DNA from: Proteobacteria bacterium UBA964
GTDB lineage: Bacteria; Pseudomonadota; Gammaproteobacteria; Steroidobacterales; Steroidobacteraceae
Assembly: GCA_002292945.1 (NCBI GenBank)
Contig: DBCG01000061.1
Span: 1-52,024, forward strand
Length of the DNA stretch: 52,024 bases
Direction of reading: 5' to 3'
Shown here: in pieces, positions 36,663 through 45,621 of the stretch
How positions within the stretch are numbered: position 1 is the first letter of the stretch
Layout of the letters: each line of letters opens with the position of its first letter
Notes under the pieces: model-generated
Database searches by the model: none
The model's input: only the letters and a program-made list of their open reading frames with translations
What the model was told of the DNA's origin: nothing
Translations under genes and position numbers: made by a program

Positions 36663-37334
36663 TCACATCACCCGGCGCACAGCGCCGAGCGGCAGGGATC
36701 CGTTACGGGTGTTGAGGACGATGCCGCGGCCCGCGGCATCGAGGGTGACGCTGTCGACTCTGCTGAGAAGCAAGACTTGGGCCGATTCGCCTCGTGCGCC
36801 GAAGCGCGAAAGAGCCTCGATGCGGTACGCGCCGGCCGGCATCACTGTGCCGTTGTCTGCGCGCCCATCCCAAGCCATCTCGGTGACACCGGAGACCGAC
36901 GGCTGGACCTGCGCTCGACGAACCACTGCGCCAGAGGCGTCGCGGACCACGAACTCGACGCGTTCGGCGCCGCTCGGAGCTTCGACTGCCGCGCGCACCG
37001 GCGTCGTGCCGTCGAACACCGCGGTATCGCCTGGTGCAAGCACATCGCGCCCTACGAGGTTCGCGCCTGACAAAGCCTGCGAAGAGCGCATCGAGCCCAC
37101 TAGGTCGGAGACCGAGCTCCCCATTTCTTGTATGCCGGTGACGGTGCTGAACTGTGCCAGCTGCCCGAGGAACTCCGCAGGCTCCAAGGGCTTGAGCGGG
37201 TCCTGGTTCTTGATCTGGGCCAGCATCAAGGTGATGAATTGGTCTGCGCCGAACTGTGGCATCTCCTTCCGCAGGCCGGCGGCAGGATCAGCCGATGAGC
37301 CTGGCGATGATGGAGCGGTACCTGAAGCGAGCAT
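36663..37334 (-). CDS. flgD: hook capping/assembly protein FlgD
   Basis: FlgD N-terminal motif FITLMLAQIKNQDPLKPLE plus a FLgD_ig-like C-terminal part. Confidence 0.85.
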   Translation of the reverse strand: MLASGTAPSSPGSSADPAAGLRKEMPQFGADQFITLMLAQIKNQDPLKPLEPAEFLGQLAQFSTVTGIQEMGSSVSDLVGSMRSSQALSGANLVGRDVLAPGDTAVFDGTTPVRAAVEAPSGAERVEFVVRDASGAVVRRAQVQPSVSGVTEMAWDGRADNGTVMPAGAYRIEALSRFGARGESAQVLLLSRVDSVTLDAAGRGIVLNTRNGSLPLGAVRRVM

Positions 37335-37360
37335 CCCTTATCCCTCCTGTGCCTGACCGA

Positions 37361-37777
37361 TCATTGGCCAAGCCGCAAAGTGGCGAGCAGCATCTCTTTC
37401 GACGAATTCATCACCTCGATGCTGTTCTGGTACGAACGCGACGCGGAGATCATGTCGACCATCTGCTCGACCGGATTGATGTCGGGCGCATAGACGAAAC
37501 CGTCCGCGTCAGCGACCGGATTACCGGGCTCGTAGCGCGCGAGCGGCGCCTTCTCGGACTCGATGACCTCAGTGACGCGGACTGATGCTGTCGCACCAGC
37601 ATCCCGCCCGACACCGGCGATGACGGTCTCGAACACCGGATACCGCGCTTTGTAAACGCTCTCTTTGTCTCCGCTGACCGTGTTCGCGTTGGCGAGGTTG
37701 CTGGCGACCGTGTTCAACCGGACCGACTGCGCAGAGAGCGCAGAACCGGCGATGTCGAAGATCTTGAAAGAGGACAT
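37361..37777 (-). CDS. flgC: proximal rod protein FlgC
   Basis: 138 aa with the typical FlgC sequence (MSSFKIFDIAGSALSAQSVRLNTVASNLANANT...). Confidence 0.95.
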   Translation of the reverse strand: MSSFKIFDIAGSALSAQSVRLNTVASNLANANTVSGDKESVYKARYPVFETVIAGVGRDAGATASVRVTEVIESEKAPLARYEPGNPVADADGFVYAPDINPVEQMVDMISASRSYQNSIEVMNSSKEMLLATLRLGQ

Positions 37778-37800
37778 GGATATTCGCTCCTTGATCTGGC

Positions 37801-38214
37801 TTATTGCCCGGTGAGCGCGGTCATCAGGCCACGCAGCTTTGAGTTCACGAAATGAAGTGTGGTCTGGTATCGGATGGCGTTCTCCGAGAACGCGGCCTGT
37901 TCAAGCTGAACATCTACCGTGTTGCCGTCGATCGACGGTGCGACAGGAACGCGGTACAGAGAGGCGGCCTCATTCAGCTGACGGTCACCCATGGCACCGC
38001 CGCCGGTACGCAGATGTTGGAACTGTGTGGCTGTGAGCGAGACGGCGCCGCCTTCGCGCCGGGCACTGGAGAGGGCCTGACGAAAATCGATGTCGCGCGC
38101 TTCAAAACCTGGCGTATCCGCATTCGCCAGATTGCGGGCGATCATCTCAGAACGCTTGGAGCGCAGCCTGAGCGCGTCTGCATGCAATCCGATATGTGCA
38201 TCTAGGTCGAACAT
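37801..38214 (-). CDS. flgB: proximal rod protein FlgB
   Basis: The RSEMIARNLANADTPGF motif. ATG 38214 lies downstream of the predicted sigma-54 TSS. The track's GTG 38247 lies upstream of that TSS. Confidence 0.9.
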   Translation of the reverse strand: MFDLDAHIGLHADALRLRSKRSEMIARNLANADTPGFEARDIDFRQALSSARREGGAVSLTATQFQHLRTGGGAMGDRQLNEAASLYRVPVAPSIDGNTVDVQLEQAAFSENAIRYQTTLHFVNSKLRGLMTALTGQ

Positions 38215-38255
38215 CCCGATCACTCCGCCAAAAAATTGACTTCCCACCCCGGTGT

Positions 38256-38271
38256 TGCAAACGCCATGCCA
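38256..38271 (-). promoter_or_regulatory. sigma-54 promoter of the flgB operon
   Basis: The minus strand reads TGGCAT-GGCGT-TTGCA. Predicted TSS is near 38245, giving a leader of about 31 nt with GGAG 8 nt before the ATG. Confidence 0.65.
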
Positions 38272-38286
38272 CGGCGATCTTTCCTA

Positions 38287-38302
38287 TGGCACGACACTTG
38301 CT
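38287..38302 (+). promoter_or_regulatory. sigma-54 promoter of flgA
   Basis: The plus strand reads TGGCAC-GACAC-TTGCT, a full consensus match. The -12 C is at 38301, which puts the TSS at about 38312-38313, that is 1-2 nt before the flgA ATG at 38314. Confidence 0.6.
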
Positions 38303-38313
38303 ATTTCCATGCC

Positions 38314-38985
38314 ATGACCACTCGTATCGTTTTGTTGACGCTTCTCGTCCCGCTTCTGGCCGCCGCAGGAGTGCAGGACTTGAGCGAGATCCGCGCCGCA
38401 GCTGAAAGCGCCATCGGCGCCAAGGGCGCAGGCATCTCCGTCACGGCAGAGCCACCCGATCGCCGTTTGCGACTCGCGCCCTGTGACCAGCCGCTTTCCT
38501 CGAACCTCGCCACTCCTATAAGGAATGGACGGGCATCGGTGCGCGTCGCTTGTCAGGGGAAAAACCCGTGGAGCATCCTTGTCACGGTCCGGGTCGAGAC
38601 CGAGGCGGAAGTGGTCGTGGCACGCCGGTCCCTTCCGGTCGGGACGGTGCTTGGGGAAGATGAGATGACGATCATCCGTCGTCGGCTGCCAGGAACGATC
38701 GATTGCTGCGCGACCGATATCGCTGCGGTGGCCGGACAACGCGTCCGGCGCCCCATCGCCGCCGAGGCGGTCATCACGCTGGATAGCATCGAAGCACCCC
38801 CTCTCGTGCGTCGAGGGGAGATCGTGACCGTCGTCGCGGATGCCGCAGGGTTCGAGGTGCGCTCGGTCGGTACAGCGCTCGCCGACGCCCGAGAAGGTGA
38901 CGCGGTTCGCATCCGGCACTCGACCTCCCTCAGGATCATCCAAGCCCGCGCCGATAGCAGGGGTGTGGTCCGAGTAGATCGATGA
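38314..38985 (+). CDS. flgA: P-ring assembly chaperone FlgA
   Basis: Signal peptide MTTRIVLLTLLVPLLAAAG. The C-terminal SAF/FlgA domain includes GEIVTVVADAAGFEVRSVGTALADAREGDAVRI. The track's TTG 38236 start would lie upstream of the plus-strand sigma-54 promoter. Confidence 0.8.
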   Translation: MTTRIVLLTLLVPLLAAAGVQDLSEIRAAAESAIGAKGAGISVTAEPPDRRLRLAPCDQPLSSNLATPIRNGRASVRVACQGKNPWSILVTVRVETEAEVVVARRSLPVGTVLGEDEMTIIRRRLPGTIDCCATDIAAVAGQRVRRPIAAEAVITLDSIEAPPLVRRGEIVTVVADAAGFEVRSVGTALADAREGDAVRIRHSTSLRIIQARADSRGVVRVDR

Positions 38986-39000
38986 TCTGCAAAAAATCAC

Positions 39001-39027
39001 TAAAGATTCCGAGCAGCCTGCCGTTAA
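39001..39027 (+). promoter_or_regulatory. sigma-28 (FliA) promoter of flgMN
   Basis: TAAAG (39001-39005), a 14-nt spacer, then GCCGTTAA (39020-39027). The consensus is TAAAG-N14-GCCGATAA, so the -10 matches 7/8. It lies 16 nt after the flgA stop and about 30 nt before the flgM ATG. Confidence 0.7.
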
Positions 39028-39057
39028 CCAGACAGTGACCCTGAATTGGTGGCCGTA

Positions 39058-39381
39058 ATGTCTAACAAAATCAATGGGATGGATATCCGCCCCCCGGCGC
39101 CGTCTGCCACAGCTCCCATCGCCCGAAGCAAGGATTCCTTCGGACAAGAGGGCGCACCGACAGGCGGCAGTAACGGCGGGGTCCAGATCACGGACACCGC
39201 CCGCCACCTTGCGAGCCTCGAACGGATGCTCTCGCGTTCCCCAGAGGTCGACGAGAGCAAGGTGACGGAGATCAGCGCCGCGATCGAGCGCGGGCAGTTC
39301 GAGATCCAGCCTGAGCGGATCGCCGACAATCTTCTGCGGCTCGAGCAGACGCTCGCGCGAGCCTCCGGGCGTATGAAATGA
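39058..39381 (+). CDS. flgM: anti-sigma-28 factor FlgM
   Basis: 107 aa with a disordered N-terminal half and the C-terminal FlgM motif VDESKVTEISAAIERGQFEIQPERIADNLL. ATG 39058 is preferred over the track's TTG 39046. Confidence 0.8.
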   Translation: MSNKINGMDIRPPAPSATAPIARSKDSFGQEGAPTGGSNGGVQITDTARHLASLERMLSRSPEVDESKVTEISAAIERGQFEIQPERIADNLLRLEQTLARASGRMK

Positions 39382-39890
39382 GCCCTCTGCTGGACTCGGC
39401 AGCCGCCCGTTCCGGCTGCCGGGACACACTTGGGCGCCTACTTGATGAGGAGATCGACGCTCTCTTAGGGCTTGAGCGCCTGCTGATCACCGAGCGGGAC
39501 GTGCTTGCCAAGAACGACTCGCCGGAAGCGCTGGAGGAGGTCTGCTCCCATCGCCAGCTTCGTATGAGTCAACTGTTGAAGATCCAGGACGAGCGCCGGG
39601 GTCTGTTACGGGCGACCGGCCACACCGTCGATACCGCCGGCATAGAGGCATTGCTGAGGATCTGCGATCCGCAGCGGACGCTGCCGGGGCGTTGGGCGCG
39701 ATGCGCCGATCTAGCCGATCGTTGCCGCGGACTCAACGATTTCAACGGCGCGTTGGTGGCGTCGCGGATGCGCCGCGTCGAGGGGATGCTCGAGATCCTC
39801 ACGGGGCGCAAGCGGGAGACCCCTATCTACAGTCGCCAAGGGCAGCAGGCCTGGGTCGCTGCCGGTCGATTGCTCGCCGCCGAGGCCTGA
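39378..39890 (+). CDS. flgN: FlgK/FlgL chaperone FlgN
   Basis: 170-aa helical protein with an ATGA overlap onto the flgM stop. FlgN-like N-terminus (LLDEEIDALLGLERLLITERDVL). Confidence 0.75.
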   Translation: MSPLLDSAAARSGCRDTLGRLLDEEIDALLGLERLLITERDVLAKNDSPEALEEVCSHRQLRMSQLLKIQDERRGLLRATGHTVDTAGIEALLRICDPQRTLPGRWARCADLADRCRGLNDFNGALVASRMRRVEGMLEILTGRKRETPIYSRQGQQAWVAAGRLLAAEA

Positions 39891-40023
39891 CGGAGACTGG
39901 CCGCGCAGTCGTCGATGGTGCGGAACATAACACAGCCATCGAATATTTGATTGCTCCTGCGACAACTTACGCGAATACTCTGAACTTAAAGGATTTCAAA
40001 CCTGATATAGAACGGATTACGTC

Positions 40024-41004
40024 ATGAAACAACCGAAGCGGATACTGGTCGCCATCAAAGATCCTGCGGCGCGTACGATGCCCGCGGTCCGTAAAGCGGC
40101 GCAGCTCGCCCGCGCATCTGGGGCGACTTTAGAACTCTTCCATTCACTGTCTGAGACGGTGATGGTCGATGCGCTGGAGGCTCGTCGACAAAGCCTGCGC
40201 GAATATGAGCAGGAGCGCCACGCCGCCATCATGAAGCGCCTTGAATTAGTGGCCCGCCGCATCCGCAGACACGGCATCGAGGTCACCACCGCGGCCGAAT
40301 GGGACTACCCGGTCGCCGAGGCGATCGTTCGGCGCGGACTGCGCATCGAAGCGGACGTGATCATCGCTGAAAGGCATGCTACAAAACATGTCGCCAGTTG
40401 GATGCTGGCCTACACCGACTGGGAACTGCTGCGGCATGCACCGTGCCCGGTGCTGCTGGTCAAGCAAGCCCGCGCTTGGCATCGTCCGGTGGTCATGACA
40501 GCGGTCGATCCGTTCCACAGCAACGCCAAGCCTTCCCGTCTGGACCTCGCCTTACTGAAAGCGAGCGCACAACTGACCACTGATCTGCGCGGTAGCCTTC
40601 GAGTGGTGCATTGCGTCCCGACCACTGCCGTCGTCACCACGGCTTTCATGAATTCTCCGAGCTTGACCGATGTCGCCGAGTCGACCCTGCGCAAGGCACG
40701 CAAAGCGCTCGCGGTCGAGGTCGCGCGGGTCCCCTGCCCCTCTCACCGTCTGTATGTGGTCGAGGGATCGGCGAGAGATGCCCTGCCCGAGGCCGCTCGC
40801 TCTTTAAAGGCGGACATCGTCGTCATGGGCGCCATCTCGCGATCGGGACTGAAGCGCATCTTCATCGGCAACACCGCCGAGGCGGTGCTCGACGCATTGC
40901 CCTGCGATGTGCTGGTGGTCAAACCTGGCAGCTTCAAGACCAAGATTCCCCGTCGTGGCCGAGGCGCCCAACTGATCGCACTGCCGACCGCCATGACCGG
41001 TTGA
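40024..41004 (+). CDS. tandem universal stress protein (two UspA domains, UspE-like)
   Basis: Two repeats of the Usp fold: ILVAIKDP...ELFHS and VVMTAVDP...VVHCV. A C-terminal G-x2-G-x9-G(S/T)-like ATP motif is present (VVMGAISRSGLKRIFIGNTAEAVL). Confidence 0.8.
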   Translation: MKQPKRILVAIKDPAARTMPAVRKAAQLARASGATLELFHSLSETVMVDALEARRQSLREYEQERHAAIMKRLELVARRIRRHGIEVTTAAEWDYPVAEAIVRRGLRIEADVIIAERHATKHVASWMLAYTDWELLRHAPCPVLLVKQARAWHRPVVMTAVDPFHSNAKPSRLDLALLKASAQLTTDLRGSLRVVHCVPTTAVVTTAFMNSPSLTDVAESTLRKARKALAVEVARVPCPSHRLYVVEGSARDALPEAARSLKADIVVMGAISRSGLKRIFIGNTAEAVLDALPCDVLVVKPGSFKTKIPRRGRGAQLIALPTAMTG

Positions 41005-41042
41005 TCTTGGCGCCACCGGCCTCGTTGGCCATAGGCACGACC

Positions 41043-42281
41043 TCAGACGAGCAGTACCAGCGCGGCGGCCGCCAACATCGCGAGGTGCGGCCAGAGCAGT
41101 CGCTGTAGGTAGGCGTTTCCGGCAGCGGCGTAGGCGATCACGAGTTTGGTCAAAGTGTTCGCGCAGAGCGCCCAGAAGATCGCCTGCAGGGCCTGGGCTT
41201 CGCTCAGTGCGCCGCGTGCCGCGAGCACCGCAGCCGACGCGGTGGCCGAGTGAGCGTCGACGAACCCCCCGACGCCGATCCCCACCTGCGCGCCGCTGTC
41301 CCCGAAACGCAGCGCCAGCCACGCGGCGAGCACCGTCATTGCCGTCACCGTGACGCTGAACCCCAACGCATGGAACGGTTGTAACGCGCGACTGTCCTTG
41401 GGTTCTACGTCCTTGCCGATCTGTGCCGCAGCACTACGTCGCCAGAGCCACCACGCGGCCACGGCGGGGATCGCAGCCATCAACGCCGCCGGCAGCAACC
41501 AGCCTTTGACCAGCGAGGGGTTTGCGACCGACACCACCAGCACGACCTGTGCGCCCGTCGCCACCGAGGAGCAAAGTGCTGCCGCGGCGGCGACATCCAG
41601 CAAACCGGGCGCGGCGCGTGCCTTCGCACCCATCGCACCGATGGTCGCGACGCTCGAGATGAAACCGCCGAAGAAGCCGGCCACGGGCAGCCCCCTGTGC
41701 GGCCCGAGGGCTCGCAATGCCACATGGCCGAGCGCATTGATGCCGAGCATCAGCACCGTCAGTTGACCCACTTTCCGAAGATTGACGACCCCCGCCGCGT
41801 CGATCGTACGGTCCGGCAACAGCGGCAAGATCACGAGCACCGCCGCCGCGAGCAGCATGAGGTCGAGGACCTCGCGCTGAGTCAGCGTGCGGCTCACGAA
41901 ACGATGTAATGCCTCGCGCAACACCAGTGTCAGCGCGACGATCACGCCGATCGCCGCGGCCAAGGCAGGTTGCACCGTCGCATAGGCGCCGAGCAGATAG
42001 GTCGTGAACAGCGTGACTTCGCTGGTCACACCGGTGTCAGGGCTGCGGTCGCGCCAATAGGCGACGACCACCAGTGCACCGATGAAGGCCGCACCGATCG
42101 CGACCAGCAGCAGGCCGGTGAACTGCATCGCCAATGCGCCGCTGAGCGCGACCACCGCATGCGTGCGCACCCCCCCGGCAGCACCGAAGGATGGATCCAG
42201 TTTGCGACGTTCTCGCTCGAGCCCGATCAGCAAGCCGATGCCGAGCGCGACCAGCCATCCTGCGATGGTATCGCTCAACAC
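41043..42281 (-). CDS. MgtC/SapB-family membrane protein with DUF4010-like C-terminal extension
   Basis: N-terminus [18 protein letters not shown]....GVRTHAVVAL is MgtC-like. It is followed by about 8 further TM helices. GTG start 13 nt after the upstream stop. Confidence 0.65.
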   Translation of the reverse strand: MLSDTIAGWLVALGIGLLIGLERERRKLDPSFGAAGGVRTHAVVALSGALAMQFTGLLLVAIGAAFIGALVVVAYWRDRSPDTGVTSEVTLFTTYLLGAYATVQPALAAAIGVIVALTLVLREALHRFVSRTLTQREVLDLMLLAAAVLVILPLLPDRTIDAAGVVNLRKVGQLTVLMLGINALGHVALRALGPHRGLPVAGFFGGFISSVATIGAMGAKARAAPGLLDVAAAAALCSSVATGAQVVLVVSVANPSLVKGWLLPAALMAAIPAVAAWWLWRRSAAAQIGKDVEPKDSRALQPFHALGFSVTVTAMTVLAAWLALRFGDSGAQVGIGVGGFVDAHSATASAAVLAARGALSEAQALQAIFWALCANTLTKLVIAYAAAGNAYLQRLLWPHLAMLAAAALVLLV

Positions 42282-42294
42282 GACTGATCCGTGG

Positions 42295-43458
42295 TCAAAA
42301 CGCGTTCAACCCCGTGAGTTCGCGGCCAAGCGAGAGCTGGTGGATGGTCTCCGTGCCCTCGTAGGTGATCACGCTCTCGAGGTTGAGCGCGTGACGGATA
42401 GGGACGTGGTCGGCGGTGATGCCCGCGCCCCCGAGCAGGTCTCGTGCATCGCGTGCGACGTCGATCGCAGCGCGGCAATTGCTCCACTTGGCCAGGGAGA
42501 CTTGGACGGGCGAGAGGATGCCGCGATCCTTACGACGCCCCAAGTGAAGCGCCAGCACCTGCCCCGTCGTGATCTTGCGCGCCATCTCGGCGAGCCGGAT
42601 CTGCACGGATTGGGTCGCCGCCAGAGGTCGGCCAAAAAGCACCCGCTCGCGGGTGTAATGCAGGGCATCCATCAAACAGGCCTGCGCCGCACCGAGTACG
42701 CCCCACGCGATGCCGAAGCGGGCTTGGGTGAGACAGGACAGCGGCGCCTTCAGGCCGACCGTCGTGCCCGGGAGCAGACTCGAGGCCGGTAGCACCACAT
42801 CATCGAAGAAAAGCGCACCCGTCGCCGACGCACGCAAGGAGAATTTACGCTCGATCTCGCGAGACTCGAAGCCTTTCATGCCGCGCTCGACAAGGAACCC
42901 GCGGACGCCTTCGTCGGTCAACGCCCAGACCACTGCGACATCGGCGATCGGCGCATTGGTGATCCACATCTTCGAGCCGTTGAGCACCCAGTCCTCGCCG
43001 CGTCGGCGGGCCGTGGTGTTCATGTTGAGCGGGTCGGAACCGCCGTGCGACTCGGTCAAGCCGAAACAACCGATGGCCTCGCCGCGTGCCATCGCAGGCA
43101 GCCAACGCTCGCGCTGCGAGTCGCTGCCATAGGTGTGGATGGGGTACATGCACAGCGAGGACTGCACCGACACAAAGCTGCGCAGCGCCGAGTCACCCCG
43201 CTCGAGTTCCTGGCAGATAAGGCCATAGGAGACTGCGTTGAGCCCTGCGCAGCCGTAGCCCTCGAGCGAGCTTCCGAGCAGGCCCAGGCGGGCCATCGGC
43301 GCGATGAGCTCCCGCGGGAAGTGATGGTCCTCGAAGTGCTTGCCGATCTGGGGCAGGACCTCTGCATCGACGAAACGCGCCACGGAGTCGCGCACCATGC
43401 GCTCGTCGTCATGGAGTTCATCTTCGATGCCTGCGATATCGTATGGGGAAAGTGCCAA
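42295..43458 (-). CDS. acyl-CoA dehydrogenase, glutaryl-CoA dehydrogenase-like
   Basis: 387 aa. The motifs DDERMVRDSVARF, SVQSSLCMYPIHTYGS..QRERWLP..ARGE.IGCFGLTE..HGSDP and the C-terminal ITYEGT resemble GCDH. TTG start with AGGAG 6 nt upstream. Confidence 0.8.
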   Translation of the reverse strand: MALSPYDIAGIEDELHDDERMVRDSVARFVDAEVLPQIGKHFEDHHFPRELIAPMARLGLLGSSLEGYGCAGLNAVSYGLICQELERGDSALRSFVSVQSSLCMYPIHTYGSDSQRERWLPAMARGEAIGCFGLTESHGGSDPLNMNTTARRRGEDWVLNGSKMWITNAPIADVAVVWALTDEGVRGFLVERGMKGFESREIERKFSLRASATGALFFDDVVLPASSLLPGTTVGLKAPLSCLTQARFGIAWGVLGAAQACLMDALHYTRERVLFGRPLAATQSVQIRLAEMARKITTGQVLALHLGRRKDRGILSPVQVSLAKWSNCRAAIDVARDARDLLGGAGITADHVPIRHALNLESVITYEGTETIHQLSLGRELTGLNAF

Positions 43459-43483
43459 GTGCTGCTCCTGTTAAGGGATCCCC

Positions 43484-44695
43484 TCAGCCGGCGACCTGCC
43501 GTGCTTTGAGGTCTGCGACCGCCGCCGCGTCGAATCCCAGATCGGCCAATATTTCATCACAATGCTCGCCGACGCGCGCGAGCATCCCGCCCTGCGTGGG
43601 CCGACGGCCGTCCATCTCGATGGGCAGGATGGGCAGGCGCGTTACCCGCCCGTCCGGCAGCGTGGTCGCGCCGAGGCTGCCATTGGCGGCCAGATGCGGG
43701 TCGTCGAACATCTCCTCCGGCTTGCCGATGGGCGCGAACGGCAGACCGGTACGCTCAAGGAGGGCCACCAGATCCGCCCGCATATAGCCCTTGAAGAGCT
43801 CACGCACCCGCGGCAGCAATACCTCGCGCTGCGCGACACGCTGTGCATTGGTCTTGAAGACGGGGTCGGCGCCCTCAGCCGTCCAACCGAAGGCCTCGCA
43901 GAACTTCTGCCAGAGACCATCCGAGACGATGCCGACGAACACCTGCTCGCCATCGGCTGTCTCGAAGACGTCATAGATCGCCCAAGCCGAGATGCGTACA
44001 GGCATCGGCTTGGCGGCTTGGCCGGTCACCGCCATCTGTGCCATGTGCTGACCGACCAGATAGACGGTGGTCTCGAAGAGCGCACTGCTCACTTTCTGGC
44101 CGCGGCCGGTGGCGTGACGTTGCTCGATCGCGGCGAGGATGGCGATGACGCCGAACATCCCGCCGGTCACGTCGATCACCGAGGTGCCAGCGCGCAACGG
44201 CCGGCCCGGCGGGCCGGTCATGTACGCGAGCCCACCCATCATCTGCGTCACCTCGTCGAGGGCTGTGCGGCTTTCATACGGGCCGCTCAAGAATCCCTTC
44301 TCGGAGCAATAGATCAGCCGCGGGTTGGCAGCCGACAGAGCCTCGTAGCCGAGCCCGAGCTTCTCCATGGTACCCGCGCGGAAGTTCTCCACGATCACAT
44401 CAGCCGAACCGCAGAGCCGCTGTGCGATACCGAGCCCCTCGGGCGACTTCAGGTCGAGACAAAGGCTCTTCTTGTTGCGGTTATACATGGGGAAGTAGCC
44501 CGCACCCGACCCCGGCAGATCACGCGTCGAGTCGCCACCGATGGGCTCGATGCGGATCACCTCGGCACCGAGCTCGGCGAGGATGGCGCCGACCGCCGGA
44601 CCCATGACCATATGGGTGAACTCGACCACGCGGATCCCGGCGAGCGGCAGCGGACCTGCGCCTGCAGGCGCAGATGAAACATCGACGGGGCTCAT
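43484..44695 (-). CDS. class III (CaiB/BaiF) CoA-transferase
   Basis: PLAGIRVVEFTHMVMGPAVGAILAELGAEVIRIE and the later GLAYMTG...GTSVIDVTGG are family III signatures. ATG 44695 overlaps the upstream stop as ATGA. The track's extra 69 N-terminal residues are Arg-rich junk. Confidence 0.85.
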   Translation of the reverse strand: MSPVDVSSAPAGAGPLPLAGIRVVEFTHMVMGPAVGAILAELGAEVIRIEPIGGDSTRDLPGSGAGYFPMYNRNKKSLCLDLKSPEGLGIAQRLCGSADVIVENFRAGTMEKLGLGYEALSAANPRLIYCSEKGFLSGPYESRTALDEVTQMMGGLAYMTGPPGRPLRAGTSVIDVTGGMFGVIAILAAIEQRHATGRGQKVSSALFETTVYLVGQHMAQMAVTGQAAKPMPVRISAWAIYDVFETADGEQVFVGIVSDGLWQKFCEAFGWTAEGADPVFKTNAQRVAQREVLLPRVRELFKGYMRADLVALLERTGLPFAPIGKPEEMFDDPHLAANGSLGATTLPDGRVTRLPILPIEMDGRRPTQGGMLARVGEHCDEILADLGFDAAAVADLKARQVAG

Positions 44696-45621
44696 GCGCG
44701 GGCCTCCAGGGTGAACCCGAGCGGCAACCCGGCGTCCGGCGTGAAGCCGTACAGCGGCTCGCCGGGCAGCGCCGCCCGCAGGATCTCGCGAACGCGCAGC
44801 AGCTTCGGCAGGTCGATCCCGGTCCGAAGACCCATCGCTTCCAACATGAACACGAGATCCTCGGTGACGATGTTGCCGGATGCGCCAGGCGCGAAAGGAC
44901 ATCCGCCGAGCCCGCCCAACGAACTGTCGAAGGTGGTGATGCCGACCTCAAGACCGGCCACCACGTTGGCGAGGCCTAGGCCGCGGGTGTTGTGCAAGTG
45001 CAGTCCCGATAGCGCATGCGTACCCACCGCCGCGTGCACCTGACGCACGAGCTCACGTACCTGCGCCGGGTTCGCATAGCCGCTGGTGTCGGCCAAGCCG
45101 ACCTCATCGCAGCCCGCCTGCATCAAGGCCTCGGCCAAGGCGACCACGCGCGAGGGCGACACCGAACCCTCGAGGGTGCATCCAAAGGCGGTCGAGAGAC
45201 CACCCTCGAACTTCGGGCGGCGCTCATGCGGCAGCGCACGGATCATCGCGGCGATGGCACGGGCTTCCTCCAACATCTGAGCATGCGTGCGCCGTACGTT
45301 CTTCAGGCTGTGGGTCTCGGAGACCGACAGCGGTAGTGTGATCTTGTGCGCACCCGCCTCAACCGCCGCCTCAGCGCCGCGAAGGTTGGGCACCAGGGCC
45401 GCCACGGTGAGCCCCGGGATCGTACGCGCATGGCGCACCACCTCGGCCGTGTCCGCGAGCTGCGGCAGGAGTTTCGCCGGTACGAAGCTGCCCACCTCGA
45501 TCTCGGTGACGCCAGCCGCAGCCTCAGCGTCGATCCAAGCTTTCTTGGTCTCGAGCGGGAGGACGGGCGCGATGCTCTGTAGGCCGTCGCGGGGACCGAC
45601 CTCGCTGATGAGGATGTTCAT
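44692..45621 (-). CDS. HMG-CoA lyase-family (DRE-TIM metallolyase) acyl-CoA lyase
   Basis: MNILISEVGPRDGLQS..., HLHNTRGLGLANVVAGLEVG and GGLGGCPFAPGASGN are HMGL-like motifs. ATG 45621 overlaps the leuD-like stop as ATGA. The track's 526-aa ORF is a frame run-on. Confidence 0.85.
   Translation of the reverse strand: MNILISEVGPRDGLQSIAPVLPLETKKAWIDAEAAAGVTEIEVGSFVPAKLLPQLADTAEVVRHARTIPGLTVAALVPNLRGAEAAVEAGAHKITLPLSVSETHSLKNVRRTHAQMLEEARAIAAMIRALPHERRPKFEGGLSTAFGCTLEGSVSPSRVVALAEALMQAGCDEVGLADTSGYANPAQVRELVRQVHAAVGTHALSGLHLHNTRGLGLANVVAGLEVGITTFDSSLGGLGGCPFAPGASGNIVTEDLVFMLEAMGLRTGIDLPKLLRVREILRAALPGEPLYGFTPDAGLPLGFTLEARA

Noticed and set aside
39891-40023. FNR/Anr-type box upstream of the tandem-USP gene, since such genes are often anaerobically induced.
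   Set aside because: Only half-site-like strings are present (TTGATTGCTCCTGC and TTCAAACCTGATAT). Neither gives the TTGAT-N4-ATCAA dyad. The region is merely AT-richer, as expected for a promoter.
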